A stretch of 52,823 nt of DNA, filler included, from Sphacelaria rigidula (taxonomy: Eukaryota), in assembly GCA_964200075.2 (NCBI GenBank). It is 4 parts of 4 records of this genome, joined end to end, with 100 filler letters (N's around TTAATTAATTAA, not from the genome) between each part and the next. Parts side by side here need not be neighbours in the genome. Positions count along the whole stretch, not along the records: positions 13,232 to 26,362 come from CAXNAA020003129.1; positions 26,463 to 39,593 come from CAXNAA020003130.1; 2 more parts are not named here. One strand, given 5' to 3'. Positions 23,593-34,698 of the stretch are shown here, one piece after another. The translations under genes and the position numbers were made by a program. Position 1 is the stretch's first letter, and every line of letters starts with the position of its first letter. The notes beneath the pieces are model-generated. The model was not told the origin of the DNA. It saw nothing but the letters and a program-made list of their open reading frames with translations, and did not search any database.

Positions 23593-24904
23593 CGAGCTGG
23601 GCCAGCCGAGAAGCGAGTTTGTAGTTTGCAGACCCATTGTACGGCTAATATTTAGAATTGGATCCTGAAATTTGGTGTGGACAATGAAAAGGGCATAATA
23701 AAAGCAAATACCAGTGCACACCAGATCTCTTGTTTTCATGAGTTGAGGGCAACAATCACTTTTAATGTATCAGTAAAATGCGCTCAACTCATGATGAAAA
23801 AAAACTGTGTGCACTGCTTTTTGCTTTTATTGAGCCCTATTCATTGTCCACACCAAATTTCAGGGTCCAACTCAAAATATTGGGCCTACAATGGATCGTT
23901 TAGTGACGGGGACAAAAGAAAATCGGAACAGTATTTTGCAGGCCACTTGCCGGCCCGTTTGGTGTTTGTGTATCGAAACTTTGTGTGGGTCGTGGCTAGG
24001 GCATAATTGACGAAACGAAGTGGGTCAGGTTGATTTTTCCATGTTTTTCACTTGTTGTTAGAGCGTTTCAGGATAGAAAAGACCACTTTTTTACGAGAAC
24101 GCCCGAACCTTCCGCCCCCCCCCCCCCCCCCCCACCCACCCACAACCCTTTTGTTTTTTTCTTTGTGTCTTTCTTTTTGTTGTGAAAGAGGTGAAAGAGA
24201 GAATGGGACATTTTTTTTTTTTTATTTCTTTACCTTTTTCCCCCCCCCCCCCCCAAAAAATGAGGGCCCATTTTTTTTTTAATTCAGCATACCTTTGTAG
24301 TTCTTTATCCTGAGTTTCAAATCACAATTCCAAAAATTGTGCTGAGAAATTGAAATAAGGCCCAAAAGCAGTGTTCATTTCTCCTCAAACCTGCCCCAAA
24401 AACCCGAAAAGTATGAAGAAAACACGAAAAAATTGAAAAAGCGGTTGTTTCAAGCTCTATTATGCACTAGCGGTTCTCCATACGAAATTTCATAGCATAA
24501 CTCTCCAAAACTGAGACGCGATATCCAGGTTTAGTTTTTCCAGTGCCTCTGCTCGTAATATACTGATTTTAGTATGAAAAATCATGTGCGCCATATCCCG
24601 AGATAGATTACGAATTAGGTGAAGGTGAGGGCATCTATCGTCTCCCCGCGCTCCAGGAAATGTCCACACAAAAAATCGTCATCCGCTATATGCATGGATT
24701 GGGGATTTCATAGATATTTTAGTATGGACGCTATCTCCGTTAGGTGAAGGAATTACTAGACATGGGGTTTAATCAACGAGAAAATATGGACCCAAACTTT
24801 CGAGCAGATAGGCCCCTTCCCCTTGGTTAGACGATTAATACACGATGCGGATCATGGCCCAACTCGTCGGTGTCTTAAATCCGTGTCTAGGCTGGCCCAG
24901 CTCG
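23593..24904. mobile_element. Tc1/mariner-like non-autonomous element, copy 2
   Basis: Perfect 15-bp TIR CGAGCTGGGCCAGCC / GGCTGGCCCAGCTCG with TA on both sides. No transposase ORF. Confidence 0.85.
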
Positions 24905-26362
24905 TAGCTCTCCTCTGAGTTTCAGATTCAAGCTCCTTGCACAACTACTCGACCTGCCTCTGTCTTCCATGCACTCCAAGTGCATCAGATACCCGCGAGT
25001 GACGCAATCCCATGGCATTTCTGAACTGACGATTAAAACAGCTGCGCGGATAATCTTCTCGTTTTCGTACTACTGTGGAAGACACCTCTTTGCAGTGACA
25101 TATCAGAGACTGACGCCACACATGTATGAAGGACCAGCGCAAGCAGGTACAAGGTAGGAACAGTCCGGAAGGGCCAGATTACCGAGGACCCTGTAATGTC
25201 AACGAAACTAGACAACTCGGGGGTGATGCCAGGAAGAGCCTGATATTAGGACGGTCCAACATCCCCCGAGGAACTGGTCGCCCCTGGCGACCACTTCTCG
25301 TCTGACCCAACTTCTTGCCTACATATACAAGAGGATATCATCGCCAGCCTTGGAGTGCCTCCGGCATCCGGACGACATCTCCCAAGACAGCCTCCTGCTA
25401 AGTCTGTCCATCCTAGCGATACGCCTTGCTCACACTACGCGATAATATTGTATTTGGATGTTAGCCCGTTTGACTCGACGCTATAAATGCAGTAGGGAAT
25501 ATGTGAGGGTATGATCAGTGGACTTCGTGAGTGTTTTGTGATGGTTAAAGCCTGTTTTTCACCAGGTGGTGAGAGCAGCTGGAATGCTGCTCTCTCGTAA
25601 AATAATAGGTGCGGTTAACATATGAACAACTAGAGCTGTTGAAGTCTAGATGCCCATCATGAGATGAGTCCGAGTACAAGCTGGGTCACCCTACAAACGT
25701 GCGTACCCCGGGCACACAACCACTTCTGCAGTTGCCTAAATTAGTCCAATGTAAGTATATCGCTCTGAACTACAGACCAACATGGCGATGCACGGCTCTG
25801 CCGTGTTCAAAAGGCGTACAGTAGTCAGCGTCAGAAGTACGCAGGATCCGTAATTTCTTAGTTTCTCAAAGATTGTCCAAATTTGTTTTGCTTGCCACCG
25901 CTCATGACGGTGACTGGTAGATGCCAAAAAATGGGCACCTGGAGATATTTTGATAATCTTGACAAATATTGAAAGAAAATATATCTGCGATCAATATTGG
26001 GTGACTTAGGGGCTTGACCGATCTTCGGGGGTCCTGCGAAAATACGACCCTGGGCTCTAGCTTTTCGGTGTTTTCGGTGGGCCGACTCGATCCAGATTGA
26101 ATAAGTGAAGACTCAAAAAGGATCGTTTTTTGGAAATTCCACACTAGTCACTGCGCTAAAGCAGGAAAACGATGTTTCTTGGACCATCTACGGTCAATAA
26201 CACCCTCCTGGTAAACGGGGTATTTACCCGGTATCGCCCCCACAACAACTTGGGCGATTGTGATTTGTGCTCAGTTTGCTTATTTTGCCAAAACTATCGA
26301 CGCTAGCACTTTCGAGTGCTCATAGAAAATATTATGCGGAAAACCCCCGAAAATAGGCCATC

Positions 26363-26462
26363 NNNNNNNNNNNNNNNNNNNNNNNNNNNNNNNNNNNNNN
26401 NNNNNNTTAATTAATTAANNNNNNNNNNNNNNNNNNNNNNNNNNNNNNNNNNNNNNNNNNNN
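26363..26462. other. Artificial contig linker
   Basis: 100 bp of N with a central TTAATTAATTAA. Confidence 0.97.
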
Positions 26463-26997
26463 CCCCCCAAGCTATTCGATGACACGGTCTTGGTCGCACA
26501 TGCTGTGGGTGTACAAAGTCAACGTGCACTATCACTTCCATATATATTACATGTCTGTAGCGCTATGGAAGGCCTTAGTCGCAACCTGTGGAAAATGACC
26601 ATTGTACCTTCGACTGCAGGTCTTCAGCGCGGTGACTGAAAAAATCAGTGGCACAACCGGATCACACGAGGCAACAGCGGCTGTGTTTGGGTATGTGCAG
26701 TGATGTAGCGCGGAAGAGTAGGTGCATGGTAACGAATTAGATCAATTTCGTCACAAATATCCGTTTGACGCACCCGAGATGTTTTTTTTCTTCCTTTTCC
26801 CGTTTTCGAAGAAGCCCAATTTTTTTTTTATTCGGCACGTGTATCGCTTGTCCCGGTGAGAATCATCATCTATACTCCCAACAACTTCGGCCTCCCAACA
26901 CTCGTCACATTTTATCCTCGAATATTTCCACGCCCTACTTCCCTGCGCCACTACAACTCTGCCCGCATCGATGATTTTACCCTACGCACTACTGCAG

Positions 26998-27345
26998 GTA
27001 TTCAAGTACGTGCAGGTTTTCACCGCCATCTGTGACTCCTTCTCTCACGGCGCCAATGACGTAGCGAACGCCATGGGACCCTTCGCGGCCATCTACGCCA
27101 CCTACGTGAACGGCGGCGTAGACGCCGAGAGCGATCTCGGGGACGACGCGTTCTGGATCCTCGCCTTGGGCGGCGCGGGTATCGTGGTGGGTCTCGCCCT
27201 ATATGGTTACAAGATCATCTCTGCGATCGGCGTGAAGATCGCCAAGATTACCCCGTCTCGCGGATTCGCGATCGAGCTCGGGTCCGCCATGATGATCATC
27301 ATCGGGTCCCGTCTCGAGATCCCGCTGTCCACCACGCACTGTCAG
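26998..27345 (+). CDS. Penultimate exon of a PiT/PHO4 (SLC20-like) inorganic phosphate transporter
   Basis: CTGCAG|GTA ... TGT CAG|GTGTGT, 348 nt. Carries the PiT signature HGANDVANAMGP plus ITPSRGFAIELGSA and PLSTTHCQ. Confidence 0.95.
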
Positions 27346-28431
27346 GTGTGTAGAAGATTCGAGCATGCCATGTGTAAGCCGTTCGCATCAGGGTTTCTAG
27401 TCGGCCATGTGTGAAATGAAACAGCCCCGTGAGGTCGGTATGGTGCAAGTGTGAAGGGCACGTTTCTGACGTTCCGGGAGTTCCGTCATTTCGGACCCCT
27501 GAATGAAATATACGGGGGTCATCTCTTACCACCACCAACTTGCTAGCTGTCCGGTCGGCAAGGAGGGACTGGCCCTCTTTAAGGGCTGTCGGTACATGTG
27601 TGGTGTACGCTATATCCATGCCCAGGCTCGACAGCTAGAGCACCGATATAGCCCTCACGGTAGCCAGTCTCTGACGATGCAATGGTATATCTGGTACCCG
27701 GAGCTATTTGCGAGAGTCCTAGATAGTACGGCGGAGCTGAAGGATTCATGGTGAATCGCCTCTGGAAAAAGGAAGGGGGAGAGCGTCGTTGTAGTTGTGT
27801 ATGTGCCGTACCTTTCCTCATGCACACGGCTTCTGTTTTCGAGCGGTATTGACGATAGTTGCTGACATGGATGCGCTCATGATCTGGATGGGTTTTAGTT
27901 GCGAAACTCCTTGTACCCTTTCGCAGTGTATTCGAGATGAGAGTGGACTATTCTATAGTGGTGTCGCGTTACAACCCGCGTGACGTGATGGCGTGACTCG
28001 TTTGAACCATCACTCCTTTTCAAGCGGTGTATTCTGTCTTTGCAAGATCTATCATGGAATCCTCGGGGCAAACACATCTGTGTTTGATGTGCATATTTGT
28101 CACCCACGTAGTAGTACACACAGGGATTGGGACTGCTAGCTGGTGACAACAATTGACATTCGCCCAGCGCGTTGTCCTTTACTGTTTGTAACCCTCGTGC
28201 CTGCACTACTTCTTGCCATCTCATGGCCGCATCATCGTTTCTAGGAGAACTTTGCCGGTTACTTCAGTAGTGCACATGCTTCGTACTCAATTGTGACGAA
28301 ACGCAAGTCGCGAGCGGAATTGAAGAAGAAAGACTCGAAGTGGAGTTGTCCAACCTCTCTACTCAACACAATGCACTACTCGTAGTAAAGCAACTTTTGG
28401 GTGTGAACTTTCCCACGCTTTGCTGCTACAG

Positions 28432-28632
28432 GTGGGGTCCACAACCGGTGTGGCTCTGCTGGAGGGTACGGGGGGTGTCAACTACACAGTTCTCGGCAAG
28501 ACAGTGGTGGGCTGGATTTTAACCATCGTCATCTGTGCGCTGACGTGCGCTCTCATCTTCTCTCTCGGCGCCTACGCGCCTTACGTGTATGACACGATTG
28601 ATGTGGTCGCTGACTCTACTTCTGCTTCTTGA
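28432..28632 (+). CDS. Last exon of the PiT/PHO4 phosphate transporter
   Basis: Acceptor CTACAG|GTG. VGSTTGVALLEG..GVNY...VVGWILT continues STTHCQ in frame as in PiT proteins, to a TGA stop. Confidence 0.92.
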   Translation: MGSTTGVALLEGTGGVNYTVLGKTVVGWILTIVICALTCALIFSLGAYAPYVYDTIDVVADSTSAS

Positions 28633-28779
28633 CTATGAAGGGCATTGTGAAATGCGAAAGATCTCCCGAAACACGAAGGACCTGGTGTAAATGAAGGATC
28701 TGCTGAAAGACGAAGGACCTTCTGGATTTCGAAGAATCCTCTGAAAGCTGAGATATTTCGGTTCGACGGCTGACCCCGC

Positions 28780-29002
28780 CATACTAGGAGATAGATGGCG
28801 GTCAAAAACGGCGAAACAGGACGGGGATAACATATGTGAAACTTTTTTGTGCCATGTATGGAAGAAACGTGGTGAGCACGCAAATATTGGAGGTGTCTTT
28901 ATTAGGAGTAGGAACGGTGCTCCGTCTCGAAAGGGATGCGTGGTCAATGGTCACACGACTAAGGCAAGCAACAAATGAGGACGCCCCCGCCCTCCTCCCC
29001 CC
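28780..29002 (+). mobile_element. 3' fragment of the same LINE as 970-2111
   Basis: Colinear with 1873-2111 (ATACTAGGAGAT...GGAGTAGGAACGGTGCTCCGTCTCGAAAGGGATGCGTGGT...CAACAAATGAG), followed by a C-rich tract. Confidence 0.85.
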
Positions 29003-29210
29003 ACAGGGTATGGTGCAGGTACGAAAATAGGTAAACGAGCTGGGCTTCAATTCAAATCGCAGTCTCGTGGGAGAGGGCTATATAGATTTCCCTCCCCCTC
29101 TCCCACTCCATTCCCCGTTAACATTTGACATGTGCGACAAATCATGTCATCCCGAAGGTGCTGGTGGTGCTTGCGGTAGTGGAAGTGGTGGTTGGTAGAT
29201 ACTAGATGAT

Positions 29211-29590
29211 GCCGCCGCGCCCCGGTGGTGTAGTGGTCCGATCATCTCCATTGGGGTGGAGAGAAAGAGGGTTCAATTCTCGATATGTTATTTTTTTCTT
29301 CTTAATATGTGATTCCCACCGTGAAAAGCGTGAGAATGTGAGTAAAGAAAGTAGTTGACTTGAGTTTGTTTGGTGCGGGTTGACGCGGTGCGGGAGTGCT
29401 GATGGTCATGATCCAATCCTCGCGAGACCAAAATGCAAGGCGTGTACCGGGGAGAGATGGGTTGATTCCTTGAGACCACGGACTCGTCCCGAGGAAGGGA
29501 AGGGGTTTGAAGTGCGACAAATAATAAATAATAATGTTATTGTTATTTATAACAATAATAACATCATCAATAATAATAATAACAATGGTA
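29211..29590 (+). mobile_element. tRNA-derived SINE (family 2) with an (AAT)n-like tail
   Basis: A box GGTGGTGTAGTGG and B-box-like GGTTCAATTCTC. Body shared with 4224-4562. Confidence 0.75.
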
Positions 29591-30568
29591 TGATATATCA
29601 GGGCTCTATTTTCAACAGGTTTCTCCACCAAAACGCTAGATTTGAAGGCAGTTGAGACATTTCGCTCATTAAGGGGGGATAGTTATCGCTCGTTCTTTCC
29701 CTTCGTCTGGTCGTTTGTATTCTGCCTGAGTGATGCGCTGCATTTGTGACGAAAATAAAGAGAAGGATCTAGGCGGATGTTGAACGACGACGAGTCGAGA
29801 AAGGGTATCTTATTGTTGGTATTTGTGTTTCGGTGCACGGTAGCGATTCAGCACGTACACGGTCACACACACGCTCGCACGCATTCAGCTCCTTGGTTAC
29901 GGCGACAGATTATGATGGGTGCACTAACGTTTTTGTTTGATGAGTTTTTTTCGAGCTTGATGCGAAATGTGTGTTCTTTGTTTATCGTTTTATGCATCTC
30001 TGGTTGATTCATTTGAGCTCGCCCATAACAAAACGCCTTCCGTTTCCTTCCGGCGCATGCGTTGCTGGTTATGAACGAGTTGAAATCTGCGAGCCCTGCC
30101 CCCCACCCCTGTTTTGCTTAATGCGGTTTTTCTTCGTACACTGTAATCTTTCTATGTTTTTGTTTTCCTTTGTGCGGAGGGGAGGGGGGGCGCACACAAA
30201 ATGCGCGTGTGACGTCCGTTGCTGGAATTTTTGTTCTCTCTAGTTGACATATAGCGTCTATTTTTGTAGCGTTGTACTTGCGATGCGTGCCGCCTTCTAA
30301 TGTACAGCAGACGTACGGATTGACTTTCTACAGTATTAGATAGAGTTCATCACGCACCCAACCTCTTTTTCTTGCGACAAATGTTATGTATTTTTAGGGT
30401 CAACCTTCTCTAGGAATAGTCCTGACGATGATGATCGCGTCGAGGTAAATGGTGTAGAAAGTTGATCTCGAAACGATTTTGTTTTGTCGGTGCAGCAGCA
30501 TTTGTGATGTAATAATGAGGACTACATTTGTTATTTCTGGATATGGCCGGCGGATACGAGGAGTGTAT

Positions 30569-30925
30569 CAAGGGCAGATCGAGTAGAATATACTCAATAC
30601 TCGGTATTTTCGAAGATTCATACTTTTAGTACTCAGATTTCGAGTAGAGTATTTGAGGCCGTACTTAATCTACTCAAAATTTGAGTCGAGTATTTGAAGC
30701 CGGTCTGAACCTACTCAAAACTTGAGTAGAGTATTTGAGGCCGTACTCGACCTACTCAAAAATTGAGTAGAGTATTCGAGGCCGTATTCGACCTACTCAA
30801 ATTTGAGTAAACTATTCGAGGTGGTACTTCGTATTCAATCTACTCAAAATTTGAGTATAGTATTTGAGGTCATACCCAATCTACCCGAAAGTTGGGTAGA
30901 GTATCTGAGGCCGGATCCGATGTAC
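30569..30925. mobile_element. Truncated copy of the hAT-like repeat element at 14729-15950
   Basis: Starts CAAGGGCAGATCGAGTAGAA and is the reverse complement of about 15605-15950, including the 41-bp units. Confidence 0.85.
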
Positions 30926-30990
30926 CACCGCTGACTTTCTCATGGAGGAGGCACATGTGCGACCAGTAAAGTCGCTCATTATAATACCTA

Positions 30991-31571
30991 CACACGTGGA
31001 CGGATAGCACCCTGTAGGACGTGCTGCACAGGGTTTTTCAGTCTTTGTGAGAACTCCTGTACGCCATTTGCAGACCCTAGTACCTTTACCAGCATTTTCT
31101 ATAGCGTTATTCTCGACACACTGTAAGCAACCCTGTGGAGAGGCACTCCCAATTTAAATTTTTTAGACTATTTTGTTACAAAATCTGTAGAATTATTTAT
31201 TTAAAGAAGCTGTTCGAACTAAATAATTGTTGTGCCAAATTAAATTGGGCAAAAAAGTAATTTTTTTCGAACAGCTTATTTTGGTGTACAAATCCCATAC
31301 ACACTGGCAAATTTAGAATTTGAACAGGAGAAGCTGCTCGAATGAATCCTCACTTTGCCCGCCAATTCGTCCAGAAATTGGGCAAAAGGAAAACTTATTG
31401 CGAACAGCCTCAGCTGTTCAAGTCCCACGTACTGCACCGTAATCAGCGGATGAGATTCGAGATGCAGCAAAAACTGTTGAAAATTCATCTTGCCCCCTAA
31501 TTCATATATCAATTGGGCGAAATGATATAATTCTTCAACAGCTTTCGCTGTATAAAAATCCCACACACTGC
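30991..31571. mobile_element. Partial copy of the CACAC-ended DNA element at 37460-38789
   Basis: CACACGTGGACGGATAGCACCCTGTAGGACG... is the reverse complement of the right part of that element. The far end was not found. Confidence 0.75.
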
Positions 31572-33645
31572 CTACGAGTGTATGTTCACATGGCTGTGCT
31601 CCGAAGTATCAAGCTTTAGCTGCAGCCATGGTAATGACGGAATGCCAGTATATACCTCGCATATGTATCCACATAGTCATAAAACCCCGTCGTCCATGTC
31701 TACCGAAACAAAACCATGTATTATTATTTATATTAAAGACGCGAAAAAGTCCCATCGCGATTTATACTCGAACTATATACTTTGATCGGGGTATATAATC
31801 ACAAAAAAATGAACTGTGCAATACCATGCAGGACAGTGCCATACCGTGCTGATACATCAGGTGCTATATACTGCAGAGTGAGCGCGGCATATGCGCTACG
31901 TATGGCTATGCAACGTGAATGCTGCAGCTTATTTTGATATATGAGGGTGTTATATACCGTCAGGAAATGCAGTTCGCACGCGCGTTCTTCCGGAGCAGAT
32001 ACTGTGTCCGCACAATTATAACTACAGAACAGTAAAGCGTGACAGGGAAGCGCAGAAAGTACAGTACAGACAGTACAGGACTATATATGTTCTCTAACTA
32101 CAGTGCAACGTGAGAAGGATTTGAACAACGAGCAGTTTTTTACTGCCTACATTGCCCATGGTGCGTGTGTATGCAATATTATATGCCGCGGATATTCCCC
32201 GCACCCTGCTATACCCCGCGTGGTTCCGTCGCCGCGCGCGATGCCGCGACTATGAAAGAAGATGCTCGAGTTTCCACCAACAAGAAGTACAGCATACCCA
32301 ACCACGGCAGTGTGTACCTATATCCCTGTGCCCAACTCGTGCTCTTTGCTGCAGGGTTGTGCAGTGATAGCTGGGAACAAGTGTCGTTGGGTTTGCATGC
32401 TGGTTTGATCGATCTGTGAACGGCGGGTGATATGTATCTCGGGTGATGGTCTATACTTTAATATACAATATTGCTGGGGTCGTAATCAAACTCTAAAGGT
32501 AAATTTACACCCTGAAGAATATTTGATCTCCAATTTCCCCAAACTTCCCCAGAAGCCCCCTCAGTAAAACTATGTGCTCAACGAGATCATGTTTCTACCT
32601 GTTGGGCGATTTATGAAGATATTGCTTGATATCCATTAGAAGCACGAAAATACCCATCGAGCCGACAATGAATCGTCGGTGGTTAAATGCTCAGTGCGAT
32701 AACCACTCGGTCACATGAACGCGGCTTCGAAACCTCTTCCAGCCGTATGTAAACGTTATTTTCGGCCAGTACCGTGTCCGCGCTGTGAGGTGGAGCATAT
32801 TGTGAACAATGCTACGATAGGGATTGCATTTTTTGTTTCTGGGTCTCGATTTTGTAGGAGCCCAGATATATGGAGCTTACTGTGCAATCCAAATCACCTG
32901 GGACAGGACATGGAGATGCACACAGGGACCTTTACGTGAATCGGCATCATTTTCATTCTTTTTCAAGTGAAAATGATGCCCATTCTCAAAATGATCCGTG
33001 CAACACCCCGAGAAACATTTTTGCTCAATAAGTGCAACCTGTTGTAGCGAAATCACGCCGTCACGGTTGAGTATATAATGGAGCCTAAATGATGACCAGG
33101 GAACAAGGGCATCATGTGGATGATGACCCTTGCTGTGTAGCCCAGGCCTGACGGTAGGCTACAGGTGTTTACTCCGGGTAATGATGAGGTGTTGTAAAGG
33201 CTGATAATTGAGAACTTGAGGCCAGTGGAGCTGGGGAGTCCCTCAACAGGATTAAGACGCTGCAGTACTGACAAACCTGCTAGCGTCACAAACAGCATTT
33301 AGACGCTGCAATACTAACATACCTGCTAGCGTCACAATATCGATATTAGTGCTAGTACTGGCGTGCTAGTAGATGCTATCGTTTGACACTGCTGAAAATT
33401 TTAGCAGGGAGAGTCTGGACAACAAGTGATTAGCTTCGGGCACAGAGCTTCACGGACGCGTGAGGAGGCTTCAAGCAGAGGTAGCTGAAAAGGCGGCTGG
33501 TCCGTGATTGATCCAGACTGGAGACTTGCTGGAGCTGCGCACAGCGGGTGTTTGTACCATCCCAGGGCTGTGTTGGAGCGGCGAAGCAAGCAGGTGTCAA
33601 CTGAAGTTCCAGAAGGTTTGAGAAATCCTCGATTTAGGCTTAAGA

Positions 33646-34698
33646 ATGTCGACTATGGAGGCACCGATAGTAGAGCCAGAAGAAACGACTGTAACCCCAG
33701 TTGTTCTAATGGAAGAGTTGCGGCCGCCCAGTTACGGGAGTTTATATTCTGAGGGTGCCTTTCGATCGTTTTACACGAGATACATGGAATACAAAAGGAG
33801 GGTGGAGCATGCGAATGCAGGGGGTGCGGTGAGGCATCAGGTGGTTTCGATGGCGCAATTAGTATCAACACCCTTGCAACGCGTCTTCGCGAGACGGTTC
33901 CATGAAAAGTATACCATAAAGCCGCTGCAGTTGGCCGCAGCGATAAAGAAGCACGCAGGGCATGCGGCATGCGCTGAGGTAGAGCTTACTCAGACGTGCG
34001 CGGCCGTGGCAAAGGCTGCTTCAATGAACCACAAGGGAAGGGCCATCCGTGAGAGGGTGAAGCCCATAATGGGTAAGTCGGAAACGTATTTTGCGGAAAA
34101 TCCCAACGTAGAGATGATTTATCGTTCGTCCGATGGGAAATTTCGCCCAGGGCCCGCTACGGTGGTCACCAAAGCAATGGTGGAGGGTCTGGCACCGGCG
34201 GAATTCAAGCAGGCCGTGCTTGTACAGTTACAGCACGAAGCAAATTGGAAGTCGGACCCGTATTTAGTCATGGATACCGTGGTGGCTGAGGCTCAGGCAT
34301 GGCGGCGCGTCGAAGTATTCGGAAAGTCATCCACTTCGTCGCCGCAGTCTTCGAACTCGCGTAACCGCGGATCAGAATCCGCAGGCAGTCCCGCCTCCAA
34401 TTTTACTTGTTTTCAGTGTGGCCAGGTCGGTTACATCGCACGGAAGTGCCCAACGCCTTCTAAAGGGGAGTCTGGGCAGACGAGTGCCGCGCGCCCTCAC
34501 AAGGGCAAAATACGAGGTAGTCGTGGTGGCGACGGCGGCGGATCCTCCAACGGTGGAGGTGCACAGTCGACTTCTCAGCAGCAGCAGCAGGGGCAGCAGC
34601 AGGGGCAGCGGCGTCAGCAGGGGTCCGGTTCTGGTTTCGGTTCAGCTGCAGGGGCTGCTGCTCCGCAACGGGCGGTCAGGTGGGACCGACCTCTCTAG
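33646..34698 (+). CDS. gag: Gypsy Gag-like ORF with a degenerate zinc knuckle
   Basis: 350-aa ORF. CFQCGQVGYIARKC at 34408-34449 is CX2CX4HX4C with H>Y, followed by a G/Q/S-rich tail. Confidence 0.8.
   Translation: MSTMEAPIVEPEETTVTPVVLMEELRPPSYGSLYSEGAFRSFYTRYMEYKRRVEHANAGGAVRHQVVSMAQLVSTPLQRVFARRFHEKYTIKPLQLAAAIKKHAGHAACAEVELTQTCAAVAKAASMNHKGRAIRERVKPIMGKSETYFAENPNVEMIYRSSDGKFRPGPATVVTKAMVEGLAPAEFKQAVLVQLQHEANWKSDPYLVMDTVVAEAQAWRRVEVFGKSSTSSPQSSNSRNRGSESAGSPASNFTCFQCGQVGYIARKCPTPSKGESGQTSAARPHKGKIRGSRGGDGGGSSNGGGAQSTSQQQQQGQQQGQRRQQGSGSGFGSAAGAAAPQRAVRWDRPL

Noticed and set aside
24110-24285. Poly-Pro/Phe ORF 24052-24282 and homopolymer tracts
   Set aside because: C- and T-runs replace sequence that is normal in the sister MITE (about 22330-22430). 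This is probably low-quality sequence or decay.
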